A stretch of 62,388 bases of DNA, the filler included, from Nemertoderma westbladi (lineage: Eukaryota > Animalia > Xenacoelomorpha): assembly GCA_032718475.1 (NCBI GenBank). It is 4 parts of 4 records of this genome, joined end to end, with 100 filler letters (N's around TTAATTAATTAA, not from the genome) between each part and the next. Parts side by side here need not be neighbours in the genome. Positions count along the whole stretch, not along the records: positions 1 to 17,624 come from JAUCBJ010001369.1; positions 17,725 to 35,698 come from JAUCBJ010004825.1; 2 more parts are not named here. One strand, given 5' to 3'. Each line of letters starts with the position of its first letter. Within the stretch, counting starts at the first letter, position 1. Positions 12,745 to 24,127 of the stretch are shown here, piece by piece. Made by a program: the position numbers and the translations under genes. The notes below the pieces were generated by a model, which was given only the letters and a program-made list of their open reading frames with translations, was not told the origin of the DNA and did no database searches.

Positions 12745-13925
12745 GTGGGGCCTTCGCGCAGCACGTGACTTAAATTTAATTTAAGTACTAATTCGAAAGT
12801 ATTACTGTATTAGCAAATTTTAAGCAGATTTCGCCTAATCACTTTTTACCTCTTTCATTTCTATTCAGACATTTCTGACTCTAGCGGTATAGTGAGAACT
12901 GAAGATGGATTAGGGTCTCCAGCCCCACAAAGACACAGCCTATGGATGAATAGTACATACGTACATCGGCCAAGTTTCATCTTGAATAACGGATAACGAA
13001 ATGAGAGACGGATCTCACTTTCAGAAATTTCGTCGTATAGCGGCAGACCGATTAAATCTCCCCCCCCCCCCCCCCCCCCACAAAGACGCAGCATGTGGTC
13101 CAGAATATATGGCAAGATTCAGCTTAAACTGATTAAAATCAATGAGACGGGAGAATCTATTCACTTTCAGGCATAAAGTAGTCCTATAGCGGGTGACTGT
13201 TGAACTGATTTTCAACAAAACAAATTTTCAACTTGGCAGCTTTAAATTCGACAAAGTTATAAGCATGTCAATATCATAACGACGACAACGATTTCACTTT
13301 CAGACATTTGGCCCTCTAGCGGCAGACTGGAGAACTGCAGATGGATTCGCCTCCTTTGAAAGTCACAGCTAATGGTCTAATACATATCTGCCAAGTTTCA
13401 GCTTAAACGGATTAAAAGCAAAGAAATGGGAGGGCATTTAATGTTTAGACATGTGGCCCTCTAGCGGGAGACCATTGCACTGATGGTGTCTGAAAGTCTC
13501 TCAAAAATCTCAACTTTAGTTCATATTGATACCTAGAAATTTTCAACTTGGCAGCTTTAAATCCAACAAAGTTATTAGCATGTCAAAATCGTAACGACGA
13601 CAACGATTTCACTTTCAGACCTTTGGCCCTCTAGCGGCAGACTGGAGAACTGCAGATGGATTCGCCTCCTTTGAAAGTCACAGCTAATGGTCTAATACAT
13701 ATCTGCCAAGTTTCAGCTTAAACGGATTAAAAGCAAAGAAATGGGAGGGCATTTAATGTTTAGACATGTGGCCCTCTAGCGGGAGACCATTGCACTGATG
13801 GTGTCTGAAAGTCTCTCAAAAATCTCAACTTTTGCTCATATTGATACCTACAAATTTTCAACTTGGCAGCTTTAAATCCGACAAAGTTATTAGCATGTCA
13901 AAATCGTAACGACGACGACGACGAC

Positions 13926-13973
<48 letters not shown>

Positions 13974-14051
13974 AACTATTTGCATAAATTGACCCACCCC
14001 CTAACAGTGTCAATTCGCTAAGGCTCCGCCAACTTCGTGGCTCGCCCCACA
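12745..14051. mobile_element. Helentron/HINE (DINE-1-like) non-autonomous element with ~315-bp tandem core and (GAC)n microsatellite
   Basis: Ends GTGGGG.CTTCGCGCAGCACGT and ACTTCGTGGCTCGCCCCACA. Tandem units start at 13222, 13538 and 13852; (GAC)n at 13908-13973. The same end motifs recur at 15682, 52217 and 60982. Superfamily assignment is inferred from architecture. Confidence 0.6.
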
Positions 14052-14669
14052 TAGTTGACAGGCTTCTCCTGTCCTTTAATTTGATCTCACTAGTAATAAT
14101 GCTTTATAACCAAATAATTAATTAAATAGGTAGCAATAAATAAATAGGAAATAAATTATCATGTAGAAATAAATACAGTAGTACAATAGATTGGCACGTG
14201 GATAGGTTACCAACTTGTTTTTAGTAATAAATATGTTCGTAATGAGATTCCATGAAATTTGAAACAGAGATAATTTCATCTCCCTCCTCCTTACTGGGTG
14301 AGCCAGAATTTTTATTTTCGCTTTCAATCTTTAGCTACAAGCGTTTGAAAAAGGTGTCTCCGCAGTTATTCTTTAACCTTATCGCGATTTGTTGGTACGA
14401 GTAGAAAGCTGACCGTGAAAGGATTCCATAAATGTAAGAACATTTTAATTTGTTTGAGAAATAGCTGAGATATGGGCATTCGAAAGTTGCATGTATTTGC
14501 TTCCCCTGCACGCCATTTATTCTATTTAATTAATACATCATACTCTTGAACGTTTTGTTTATCCTATAAGTAGCTGGGCAACAATGCAATAATGCTTCTC
14601 TAAACATACTATTATGTATCTATTCATACATAAACATATGAATTGATATTGAATTGAATACACATATGA

Positions 14670-14965
14670 GGGGGCTGACGCCCCCTTATACGTTAATCGG
14701 TCCCTGGACTCTGTACTCGAGCAGCGAGTTCGTTCCAAGATGGTCCACTACAGCGGGGTGTGCGAAGATCGTCGGTTCTCCTTCAGCAGCGGGGGATACG
14801 CGAGCGAGGCCTCGGTTGTGTGTTAGGGGGAGTGCGGAGGCGCTTACAGTTCGCGCTTCTGCGCTCGAGCTCCCTGTGCCTGCGCGGTGGTAGGCGGCCA
14901 TGGAGGGCGCTCGGATTTGGGGACGGTGCCGGTCTGCGGGGGTCTGACCTTCCTGATCGGTACTG
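14670..14965 (+). mobile_element. 3' fragment of a CRE-like (RLE-endonuclease) non-LTR retrotransposon
   Basis: Translates to YVNRSLDSVLEQRVRSKMVHYSGVCEDRR...VRRRLQFALLRSSSLCLRGGRRPWRALGFGDGAGL, homologous to 16629-16957 and matching the RL.FA.LR...LC.RG.R C-terminal motif of animal CRE-like elements. Confidence 0.65.
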
Positions 14966-15681
14966 ATACCTTGCCTCCAACATATCCTTCTGGTGCTTTG
15001 GTGGTAGGCCCGACGATATTTGTATGGTGGCGGAATTAACTCTGTTATTTTTGGTGCACATCTTTTTAATTTATGATTTAAGATTATTAATCATTTATTG
15101 CTAATAATAATATATTTAATAATACAGCACAGATATATGAAATATTCATACATAAACAAAATGTTCTAGTATATAGTTTTTTTATTTAATAGAATGAAAC
15201 AGACTCAAGCAGGTGCAAAACCATGAAGCTTTGGAATGCTCATTAACCATTTTTGAAATTTTTAAATGTTTCATATGAACCCCATAGGCAGCACACTAGC
15301 CACCTTAATTTTTGTTGCTTAATTATTGGCTAAATTGAAATTAAATTGCATAAATTATGTAATTTAAAACACCTTCAAACCAATAGGAATCCATTCGTCC
15401 AATATTAAATTAACTTTTCTTGACCAGTTTTTCCTGCCTAACTCGAATATGAACTCCATTTTTCCGCCTCAATAATTATACTAAAGTTATAAGAGGTTTT
15501 ATATAAAGGCGGCACAGTGACGCCCTGGGTGTTAAGTTATAATTATTTAAAGGCGGTACAATGCCGCCTTTATGAGCATGAAAAATGAGGCAGTGTAGTG
15601 TGCTGCCCTTTTTAAGTGTTGGTACGCAAAGGGTTAATGTATTAAAGGCAAGCAAAACAAACAACACAAGGTAACACGTTC

Positions 15682-16284
15682 GTGGGGACTTCGCGCAGCA
15701 CGTAGTCGGCAAGCCTTGGCATACGGTTCATATAGAGCAAATGGGGCATGTCTAGTTTGGACCCCATATCCCATGCTATAAATGTATTCATTCGATATAC
15801 AATCATATGTTAATCCGCTAGGTGGTGTCAAATTGTTATTCTGCAATTTCGTACTTACCAGTGCAGCACTGTACAGCAGTACCGTACCGGTAGGCCTATC
15901 TCATTACTTCTGAGTCTCTAGCGGATCCCCAATTAAATGTCTTAACTTTTCAATTTCGTAAAAGATAGACTTCATGATTCTCTACAGGCCACCAAATTTT
16001 CAGCTCAGGAAAATGAGGCCTTCCCGAGAAATTTAACATTTTCTAAAAACCACATAATCTGTCGTAGCTGACGTCAGACTGCATGATTTTTCACCAAACT
16101 TTACAAACTTTCTAAACTTTCTCTCTACTACTTACCTACTAAGTTTGGTTCAATTCCGAACGAGCGATGCCGAGAAATTCGCGTTCAAACATTTACCAGA
16201 CAGACGGACAGACAGACGGACATGCCCCATTTGCCCTATATGAACCGTATGCAAAGGCTCGCCGACTACGTGTCTCGCCCCACA
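15682..16284. mobile_element. Helentron/HINE-like non-autonomous element with long asymmetric inverted ends and GACA/GACG microsatellite
   Basis: 15698-15753 is the reverse complement of about 16219-16272; (ACAG/ACGG)n at 16197-16220; same GTGGGG/CCCCAC ends as 12745-14051. Confidence 0.6.
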
Positions 16285-16628
16285 ACACAATAAATATAAT
16301 AATTGTTCACCACCACCATATGGCTATTATGAATCTACTTGATGTTGAGCAAGGATTAACGAGAACGTCCTATGAGTCATCACACCATTGTTTTCAAACT
16401 AAAAATAAAATAATTATATTTATTGTTAAAATTTACATTATTTACCGCTCAGTCAATGGGCTAGCGCCTAGCGGTAAATACGATTTGCATTATTTACCTA
16501 GATAGATGGGGATTATTGCTCTTCAATCAGTCAACTTTGTACGTAATAAATACTATGCTGGGGCATTTTTATTTATTTAATGAGAAACTACGACTAGTAA
16601 AATGACGTGAAGTAATTAATAATCTTCG

Positions 16629-16957
16629 GTGATTAACGCTGACGCAACCACCTACACCCTCGCCAACCGGTCAACCGAGTCGCTCCTTGAGGAACGTTGC
16701 CGCTTCAAAAAGCGCCACTACCTTACTGTCTGTGAATACCATCGGATGTCATTTACTCCGCTCGTGGGTACCCCTACCACAGATGGCGTTTGGTGTCCTG
16801 AGACCCGCGTCCTCATCAACCACATTGCGGAGGCCCTCGTGACCAAATTCCAGTCGATGAGGGAGCGAGGTTTTGCCTGTATTCTGTGGGACGTGCGATG
16901 CCGCCTTCAGTTTGCTCTGCTGCGGTCGAGTTCCCTGTTCTTTCGAGGAGGTCGAGA
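16629..16957 (+). mobile_element. 3' fragment of a CRE-like non-LTR retrotransposon (RLE domain remnant)
   Basis: DA..Y.......L.......KK.HY...C......FTPLV....DG....E......IA..L..K.......RLQFALLR..SL..RG.R pattern. Confidence 0.7.
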
Positions 16958-17079
16958 ATTGTGTAATGTTATTTTTATTAAATATTATCTGGTAAGTAAC
17001 TGTATTATTACAGTTATTTACTTTACTACTATTATTATTATTATTATTATTATGATTATATGAATATGAATATAAAATA

Positions 17080-17470
17080 TTTTTATTCCAAAATTGTAAC
17101 ATCGCCGTTAGTATTAACAGCGAGTTGTTATTTAGCACTTTACTAATTTTGAGGACATTACAGCATTGTATTGGCCTGTACATTTAGTATTGTATTTGGT
17201 GTTATCCGTGAAGTAATGTCCCCTTAGTGGACATTACTTAACGCCGTCATTGGTTACCACGTAAACAATAGGTAGGGCCTAGCTATATTATTATAACATG
17301 GCTCCAAACGCCACCATAAATATAAGCTAACTTATTGATAACATACAGTAATTTATGTCATTTTATTTTAATTTATTTATACAGCAACTAATTTAATTTG
17401 TACAGTTTCTAAAACTTATAATATATTTACAATCATTTCGTAATGTTAAAATTTTGGAATAAAACTACAT
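17080..17470. mobile_element. MITE-like repeat; a related, internally inverted copy lies at about 43725-44175
   Basis: Inverted ends TTTTATTCCAAAATTGTAACAT and ATGTTAAAATTTTGGAATAAAA; the interior matches the reverse complement of about 43850-44160. Confidence 0.6.
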
Positions 17471-17624
17471 ACACCATGTCCTGGAATGTAGTGTCCGATT
17501 CTGGTACATGGACCCCCCCCCCCCCCCCCAAATTTTTCGACAAATCTTAATGAGATTGCATGAAATTTGAAACAGAGATAGTTACACCTCCCAACCACTG
17601 ACTGGGTGAGCCAGAATTTTTACT

Positions 17625-17724
17625 NNNNNNNNNNNNNNNNNNNNNNNNNNNNNNNNNNNNNNNNNNNNTTAATTAATTAANNNNNNNNNNNNNNNNNNNN
17701 NNNNNNNNNNNNNNNNNNNNNNNN
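17625..17724. other. Assembly spacer (N-run, TTAATTAATTAA, N-run)
   Basis: Same six-frame-stop linker between N runs at all three gaps. Confidence 0.97.
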
Positions 17725-18030
17725 GTTAGTTAGTTAGAGAGTTAGAGGGTACGTAGTACCGTTAGAGAAGAGTTAGAGTTAGGGTACGTAAGTACCGTTA
17801 GTTAGTTAGAGAGTTAGAGGGTACGTAGTACCGTTAGAGAAGAGTTAGAGTTAGGGTACGTAAGTACCATTAGTTAGTTAGAGAGTTAGAAGGTACGTAA
17901 GTACCGTTAGTTAGTTAGAGAGTTAGAGGGTACGTAGTACCGTTAGAGAAGAGTTAGAGTCAGGGTACGTAGTACCGTTAGTTAGAGAAGAGTTAGAGGG
18001 TACGTAGTACCGTTAGTTAGAGAGAGAGAG
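17725..18030 (+). repeat. Complex tandem repeat built from GTTAG/GAGA/GGTACGTAGTACC modules
   Basis: Directly visible units of about 33-37 bp. Confidence 0.9.
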
Positions 18031-18438
18031 TAAGAGGTAGAAGGGTATATAAGATATAGATATTAGTTAGCAGTTAGTAGCGTTAGTAGCGAGAGGGGGG
18101 CATATGAGTACAGCTGGGTAAATCGTGTGGCCACACGACGCACACTGCTGTACTGCATAGGCCCACAGAGTAGGCCAGAATGTGGATTAGGGAATAGAAT
18201 AATCAATAGGAAGCAGTAAGGTAGTAGGATTGAAATTAAATCAAAAATAAAATTAGAATAAGAATAGGGCTAAGAAGGGGAACAAATTATGGTAACAGTA
18301 GTAAGAATAGGCAATAACTCAGAAATTCAGAAAGAGATAGGCCATCGAACTGAACTTAAACCATCTAAACCCATCACACATCACGTTTGCGCCTTGGCAA
18401 GGCACCGCCTACGGGTGAGCGATCGGGCAGAGTTCGAG

Positions 18439-19318
18439 ATGGCAGGTAAACTTGTGAGAGAGGAGAGAAGCAGAGGAGAGGGAGGAGGAAGCTAGGGCGC
18501 AGAGCTACGGCTTCGAGGAATAAGCAGCCTTAGACGAACTTCGTTGGGCTTCGTCAGGGAGTTCGGGTGAACTGGGGTGGACGGTGGGATCACCGAAACA
18601 GTCGACGTCGGGATTGCAAGCGATGCCCATACCAGCGGGCGCTGAGGGCGAACAACCGCAAAGGAAGTTAAGGGAGTTGGAGGGATGGAGAGCAACGGGC
18701 GAGAGCCAAGGCGGGAAGGGACATAGTGGGTACACCGGGATACCGGGGTTGGGACCACTGCGAGAGGAGGACGAGGACGACGACGAGTTCGGAGAGATGC
18801 CGCCCATCGAGAGGATAGGCCACTCGGACACGGACTGGGTTGGCGGGAGGGTGGTGACGGCCAGTGGGGCGAGAGCCTTCTGGGACAAACCCGGCAAGCG
18901 GGCCTGGGTGCACGAGGAGCCAGCGATGGATTTCGCGGGGAGCACTATCAGGTTGGGCAAGCAACCGGGGACGGCACCACGGGTAGTATTCGGAGAGACG
19001 ATGCCCGGGAGGGGCGAGGAGATCGACGTAGACAGGGACGCTAACGTCTAGAAGTTCGCCTATGAGCGACTCCACAGACCGCGGAGATCGCTTGGGATGA
19101 AAGACGACGTGGGGCGGGAGACATTGGTACTCGGTTGCGGCTACTGTGGGAGACAGACCCACCAGGAAAGGAGCTGCTTGTACCGGTTCCAGAAAGGGAC
19201 CAGCTGTCTCTACTGCCACGAGACGAGCCACAGGATGGGAGCGTGTCCACGGTTGCAGAACCGATGTCCGAAGTGCAACTTTCGGGGACACCACGGACGC
19301 CAAGGAGGGATGGACTGA
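18439..19318 (+). pseudogene. Decayed Gag-like ORF with three CCHC zinc knuckles
   Basis: ORFs 18584-19051 and 19097-19318 are in the same frame, split by one TAG; a further in-frame TAA lies at 18521. Motifs CGYCGRQTHQERSC, CLYCHETSHRMGAC and partial CPKCNFRGH. Confidence 0.65.
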
Positions 19319-20547
19319 GGCTTTGATGTAGTGCGCCTGGAAGGCGCCACGTGAGACGTGCGAACTATGTACAAATTTAATTAATGCGAATAATCATATA
19401 AGTACGATTTGTATGTACGTACGTAGCAATCAGTAATCTACAAATATACATTCGGAGTAAGTACTATAGTCATACAACCTTTCTCAATTAGCTACTGGGA
19501 CTGTGGGATAACTGACTATGGCACTATGGACGAGACACCAGACAATTTCACACTTCTTGAGTGCGATGGCACAAGAGGGGGGGGGGGGAGATTCGTCAGA
19601 AGGAATGAGGTAATCGAGATGGGGTTGAGGGACGCAGTAATAGTGCGAAGTACAGAGAGAGTGCGGACGCAATTCTAGTGTGGGGGGGGGGGAGAATAAG
19701 AGGCTGAGTGAGGGACGAGGAGGTCCGAGTGTATGAGAGAGTTAGGATGAGAGTGAAGAAGAGATAGGGCGGAAGTGTTGGGGAAACAAAAGTTGCGTGA
19801 GAGGTGAGCGCGATCGGCCCGACATGAGACGCCAGGCACACAGGGTAGCGTTATCATACCCATAGGGAGCGGCCTGGAAAGCCGGCTCCGAGAGAAAAGA
19901 ATTCCACCCCACACCCGATACTAGATCGGGATCCAGCGGGATTGCAGCGCACTTTTTGGTTGATGCTATCTTCTTACCGGGAAGATAGCATGGGGGGGGA
20001 GTGTTAGCTTATTCAATCCCGCTAACACCCCATAAAGTTTAGCCAATAAGCAATATTGGGAGCCACGAGATTGGGTAATTAACCAACTCGTGCCATCCCA
20101 ATAAGAATGGGAAGGAAACGCACAATGAGGGTCAGGGGCCAAACCCCTAACCCAGAGAGAACAGGTGGAGTGAACGGGAACACTCCAAAGGGCGCCAACA
20201 AGGGTATCAACCAATCAGAGGGGGGAAAGGCATCGATTAGGTAGAGTAACAAGGCCAACCGTGCAATATAGCCACTTGGCAGTAATCATATCAATTCAGT
20301 TATCTCAGTGCAATACTGGTGCTAGTTTAGGTTACATAGTTTAGCTAGGGAAGGACCGGGACTTTAGTTACCGTATCCCGCCTTCCGTGTACAACAACAA
20401 TATTATCTCATATCTATATCTGTATCTATATCTCTATACCCAGACATTATATACGACGAGCAGCACAAACTCATTCACTCTTTACACACGGCGGGGACGC
20501 GTAAACTAACAACCGATAAACCGGGATCCCTCTTGGATCCCGTCACA

Positions 20548-21744
20548 TAATGTACCGGTACCGTTATTGGAGCTAGAAAATCTAGTCTTACTTGAAAATA
20601 CACTATTCGTGTTGCCGTTATTACTAGGCGCACCTGATTTCCGTGATTCACTAAATGTAGGTTCAAATTGATTAAAATACACTGTACATTGTGCACAATC
20701 TATGTTCACATGAAAATATTTCAAAAAATCTAATCCGAGAATGGGTTGGATAACATTGGCTACAATAAATGTCCACTTAAATGTATGGTCGTCTAACTCA
20801 GAAACCGAAAATTCAAGCTCACCTTCACCAAAAATATTAATATTGGACTGATTTGCAGCTGTCAAAGTATGTGATGTTTTGGGTTTGAACTTGTTCAACA
20901 GACTAATATAAGATTGTGGTAAAATTGAGAAGTCACTTCCTGAATCAACAAGGAACGTACCTACAGTATCTGATGATACATATACAGCATTAAGTGCACT
21001 GCGATTCCTAGAGCTACTAGTATAGTGGGGATGATTGCTCCGCTCTGGAGCCGGGGCACTGCCGTCGCTGGGGGTTGGCTGCCTCCAGGAGCAGGGCGGT
21101 TTACACTTGCGGGATTCCCGACCAAAGCGATAGTGGTAGTAACAGAGTGAGCCATCCGGGTTGTAGTCGGATGAACGTCGGTGGGAGGAACCGCTGCGGC
21201 CGCGAGATTGAGATCGGCCCTGGTAGCGGCCGCGGCCCTGGTAGCGGCCGCGGCCCTGGTAGCGGCCGCGATTGTCAGACAGAGAACGCAACTCCGTTAT
21301 CTGAGCAATCTGATCGGCTAACTGTTTCTGAGTGTTCAGGAGAGCGAGGTTGGATTCCTGTAATTGGGAGATGTTCGCGATGTGAGAGATGGGAGCAGCT
21401 GCAGCAGATAAACCGTGGCTGGCAGACTGGTCCTGTTGCTGCTCCACCATCTTGTCGGCAACTTCAGCCAACTTGTCGAGTGGCAGCTCCCCAAGAGTGG
21501 AGAGGACGATTGAGACTGTCTCTGGTAGAATCTCAAGGAATCGTATGCGAATGAGTTTATCATTGGAAGCACCCGGTGCTAAACGTTGCATCTGTCTTAA
21601 TGCCGCCGACGGTTTTCTATCTCCCAGCTCATGAGAGACCAAGAGTTTGCGGAAATGTCGTGTCATGTACGTGTCATCGTGGCTATTCAGCCGCTTCAAT
21701 GTTTCAAGCAGTTCGGCTTTCCGGAATGTGTTAAGATTCGGCAT
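20548..21744 (-). pseudogene. gag-protease of the CsRn1-like element (3'-truncated, N-terminal gag apparently deleted)
   Basis: First ATG after the PBS is at 21744; the frame stays open through the protease. RT, RNase H and integrase are absent. GRYQGR x3 repeat at about 21215-21270. Confidence 0.75.
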
Positions 21745-22061
21745 CTTGTAAATTGTGGAGTATGGTTCGGAATTACCGGTATTTGCTGAATAAGGATCAT
21801 CCGGGTCACCAAAAGTGGGCGCGAGGAAACAGTTTGTTACCGGTACACAGAAATTCTTTATTCTAATTTTATTGTCCAATATTAGGCATATGTATATTAC
21901 TGATTATCGTCACACACACAGAATGAATTAATCGATTTATATAGGCCTACATTACATATATATAATAGCATGCCAGTACGGTAGAATGTCAAAGGTCAAA
22001 CTGCCTGTGTGAATGGTGTAATCAATATGAAATATAATTAGGAATGATAATGAGGGTTACA
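20548..22061 (-). mobile_element. Ty3/gypsy CsRn1-clade retrotransposon 5' part: LTR, tRNA-Trp PBS, gag-protease; pol lost
   Basis: LTR TGTAACC...CCCA (22061-21816) with AATAAA; PBS TGGTGACCCGG (21811-21801); LGDRKPS gag motif; CYYHYRFGRESRKCKPPC (CHCC finger typical of CsRn1); protease FLVDSGSDFSILP...ILGLDFL. Confidence 0.88.
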
Positions 22062-23869
22062 TGTATATCGGTAGTAGATTAAAAAAATTAATTTTTAAGT
22101 AAATTTCAAAATACATTTAAATGAATATTGAAAATTTCCAAACTTCAGTACCAAACATTAATAAAAAAAAGTTTTTTATATTTTTTTAAAATTTCTAGCT
22201 ATTTTAAAATTGAAATTAAATTAAAATTGAAATTAAAAATTAAAATTAAAATTGAATAACTAGCTATATGTTCTAGACGTTATATTTTTAATTTTATTTA
22301 TGTTCTAGAATAGTGTATAATATTTATATTGTGTTCTAGAACTCTACAATGTTGTCATGGTAACCATGATTTATGGAATAAAAATTTAGTGCTACACGGA
22401 TACGGAACTGTTACCTTAGTTTTAATATTGTCTGCGTCAAGAGTCAGTCCCCCAATCTGCAAAACTGTAATAACAAAAGTACTACACCGCAGTCACAGTT
22501 ATAGTATTTGATAACTTAATGTGCACTTAATTTCTAGGTATACAATCTAATTAAATAACATTATCAGAAATTAAACAACGCGGCTCCTTTCCATCAATTA
22601 GTATCAAATTTAAATATTCACGATTTTTTGCTTCAATGGAAGTTCTACATACAGGCGTGCGACATGATGGTAGGCCAGTAGCGACGGGTGTGTACTTTAA
22701 CGACCACCCAACAACGGTTATTCAAGAAATATCAATCGTTGGGGAGATGAGGGGGGGGGGGGGGGGTGTGAAATTTGACCCATCTCGGTGAATTCATATT
22801 TCGTCTTAATGTTAAATAAATAATTAAGGGAAATGAGCGGGTTACAATTGCACATAATTCTAACCAAAACAATAAATTAAAGACAATAGAAAAGGTTACA
22901 GTTGTATTTTTAGGAGTGATCAGCTGTTATCTGCGTCGATTTGACCCTGCCGCGGCATAAAACAAAAAAAAGTAAAATTTTTATTCGGCCGTCAGGCCAG
23001 GGATTACGTGCAAAGTTTTGACGACTTATTTCCAGTGCGTTACCTCTCGAACTATACTCCCCAGTGGAATAGCCAGTACTCATTTAGCTACCATTTACGG
23101 ATGCAAGCAAAAATGCGCCCTTGTTACACCCGCTTTTTATTCCCTCGAAAGTACCCTTATCTGTAGCTGGGAAATATATCTGAGAAATAGAGCTACAGTA
23201 TAACATTTACGCTGTTACCTACTATATAAATACATAATTTCATAAATGTATTGCTCTACTGTAGAAAGGCCATATGAAAGCATTACAAATAGTCAAGTAG
23301 ACAGTGGCGACCACCGTTCAAATTGGGTATGACTGCAGTTTTTTTTGCTGAAAGTGTTAACTTGTATAAGCCATTTGAAATTATGTTATATTTCAAATAC
23401 TTCGCATTGAGCAATTTTTTCTAGAACACTATTTATCTTAACCACAGATGTTTTACATAGCAACAGTAATAAGTTAACCTGCATGGTTATATTTACCTAT
23501 TGAGACAATGGTCATTCATAAATAAGAATAAACTAAGCAGGAGAAACTAAAAATTTAAGGATTAAGTATTATGGTTGCAATTAGGAGTTACAAATTTTGT
23601 GTTAGCGGATCCATTCCGCTATGCATTCCAACCACAAAATGGGGGGGGGGGGGGGGGGGGGGATTTACCACGTTGTTATCCAACAGGGCGAGCAATCCAC
23701 CTCAGTGGCTAGATGCTAACAAAAGGTCTAAGGGAGGTAGATGCATGGGTTGGTAAGTAGCCAATGGGGGGCCAGCACATGGCAATGACTGTATCGGTTG
23801 GAGGCCAACAATGCGTCAGCCTATTTATTAGGCTGTATTTTCCCCTTTAAATATATTAACGGTTACGTG

Positions 23870-24127
23870 TATTCCAACCAGTTGGCATTTTACTCATTAT
23901 AGTACAGATGAAATAGTTTCCGCCGCTACGCTGTGCTGTTGCCACTACCAGTAACTATTCATCAGTCTATAGTCAATCGATTAACAACAGCAAAGTTCAA
24001 CAGACAAACTCTTTATTCACCGCCTATGGCCAAGTCAGTCCATCCATCAGTCAGCCAGTGTGCGCGTAGGAACAACCACCACCAAGTCAACCGGTCGGGA
24101 TCTCGCGCCAACCGAGATCCCGTCACA
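23870..24127. mobile_element. Possible solo-LTR-like fragment related to the end of the 17725-20547 element
   Basis: Ends CGGGATCTCG-loop-CGAGATCCCG-TCACA, as at 20522-20547; left boundary uncertain. Confidence 0.35.

Larger units (their letters stand above)
17725..20547 (+). mobile_element. Unclassified, probably LTR-type element: tandem array, zinc-knuckle ORF, structured region, putative PPT and LTR
   Basis: Strong purine skew on +. GGGGGGGGAG|TGTTAG at 19992-20007 resembles a PPT/LTR junction. The element ends in hairpin + TCACA at 20547, exactly where the neighbouring gypsy sequence is truncated. Confidence 0.5.

Noticed and set aside
13858-14052. Protamine-like poly-Arg ORF
   Set aside because: Translation of the (GAC)n microsatellite of a HINE-like element.
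17725-18030. Telomeric repeat at a contig end
   Set aside because: The G-rich strand points inward, and the units are complex with only sporadic TTAGGG.
20506-21879. 457-aa ORF as annotated
   Set aside because: The first 45 codons run through the LTR and PBS and the last ~13 come from the adjacent element; the real coding part is 21744-20548.
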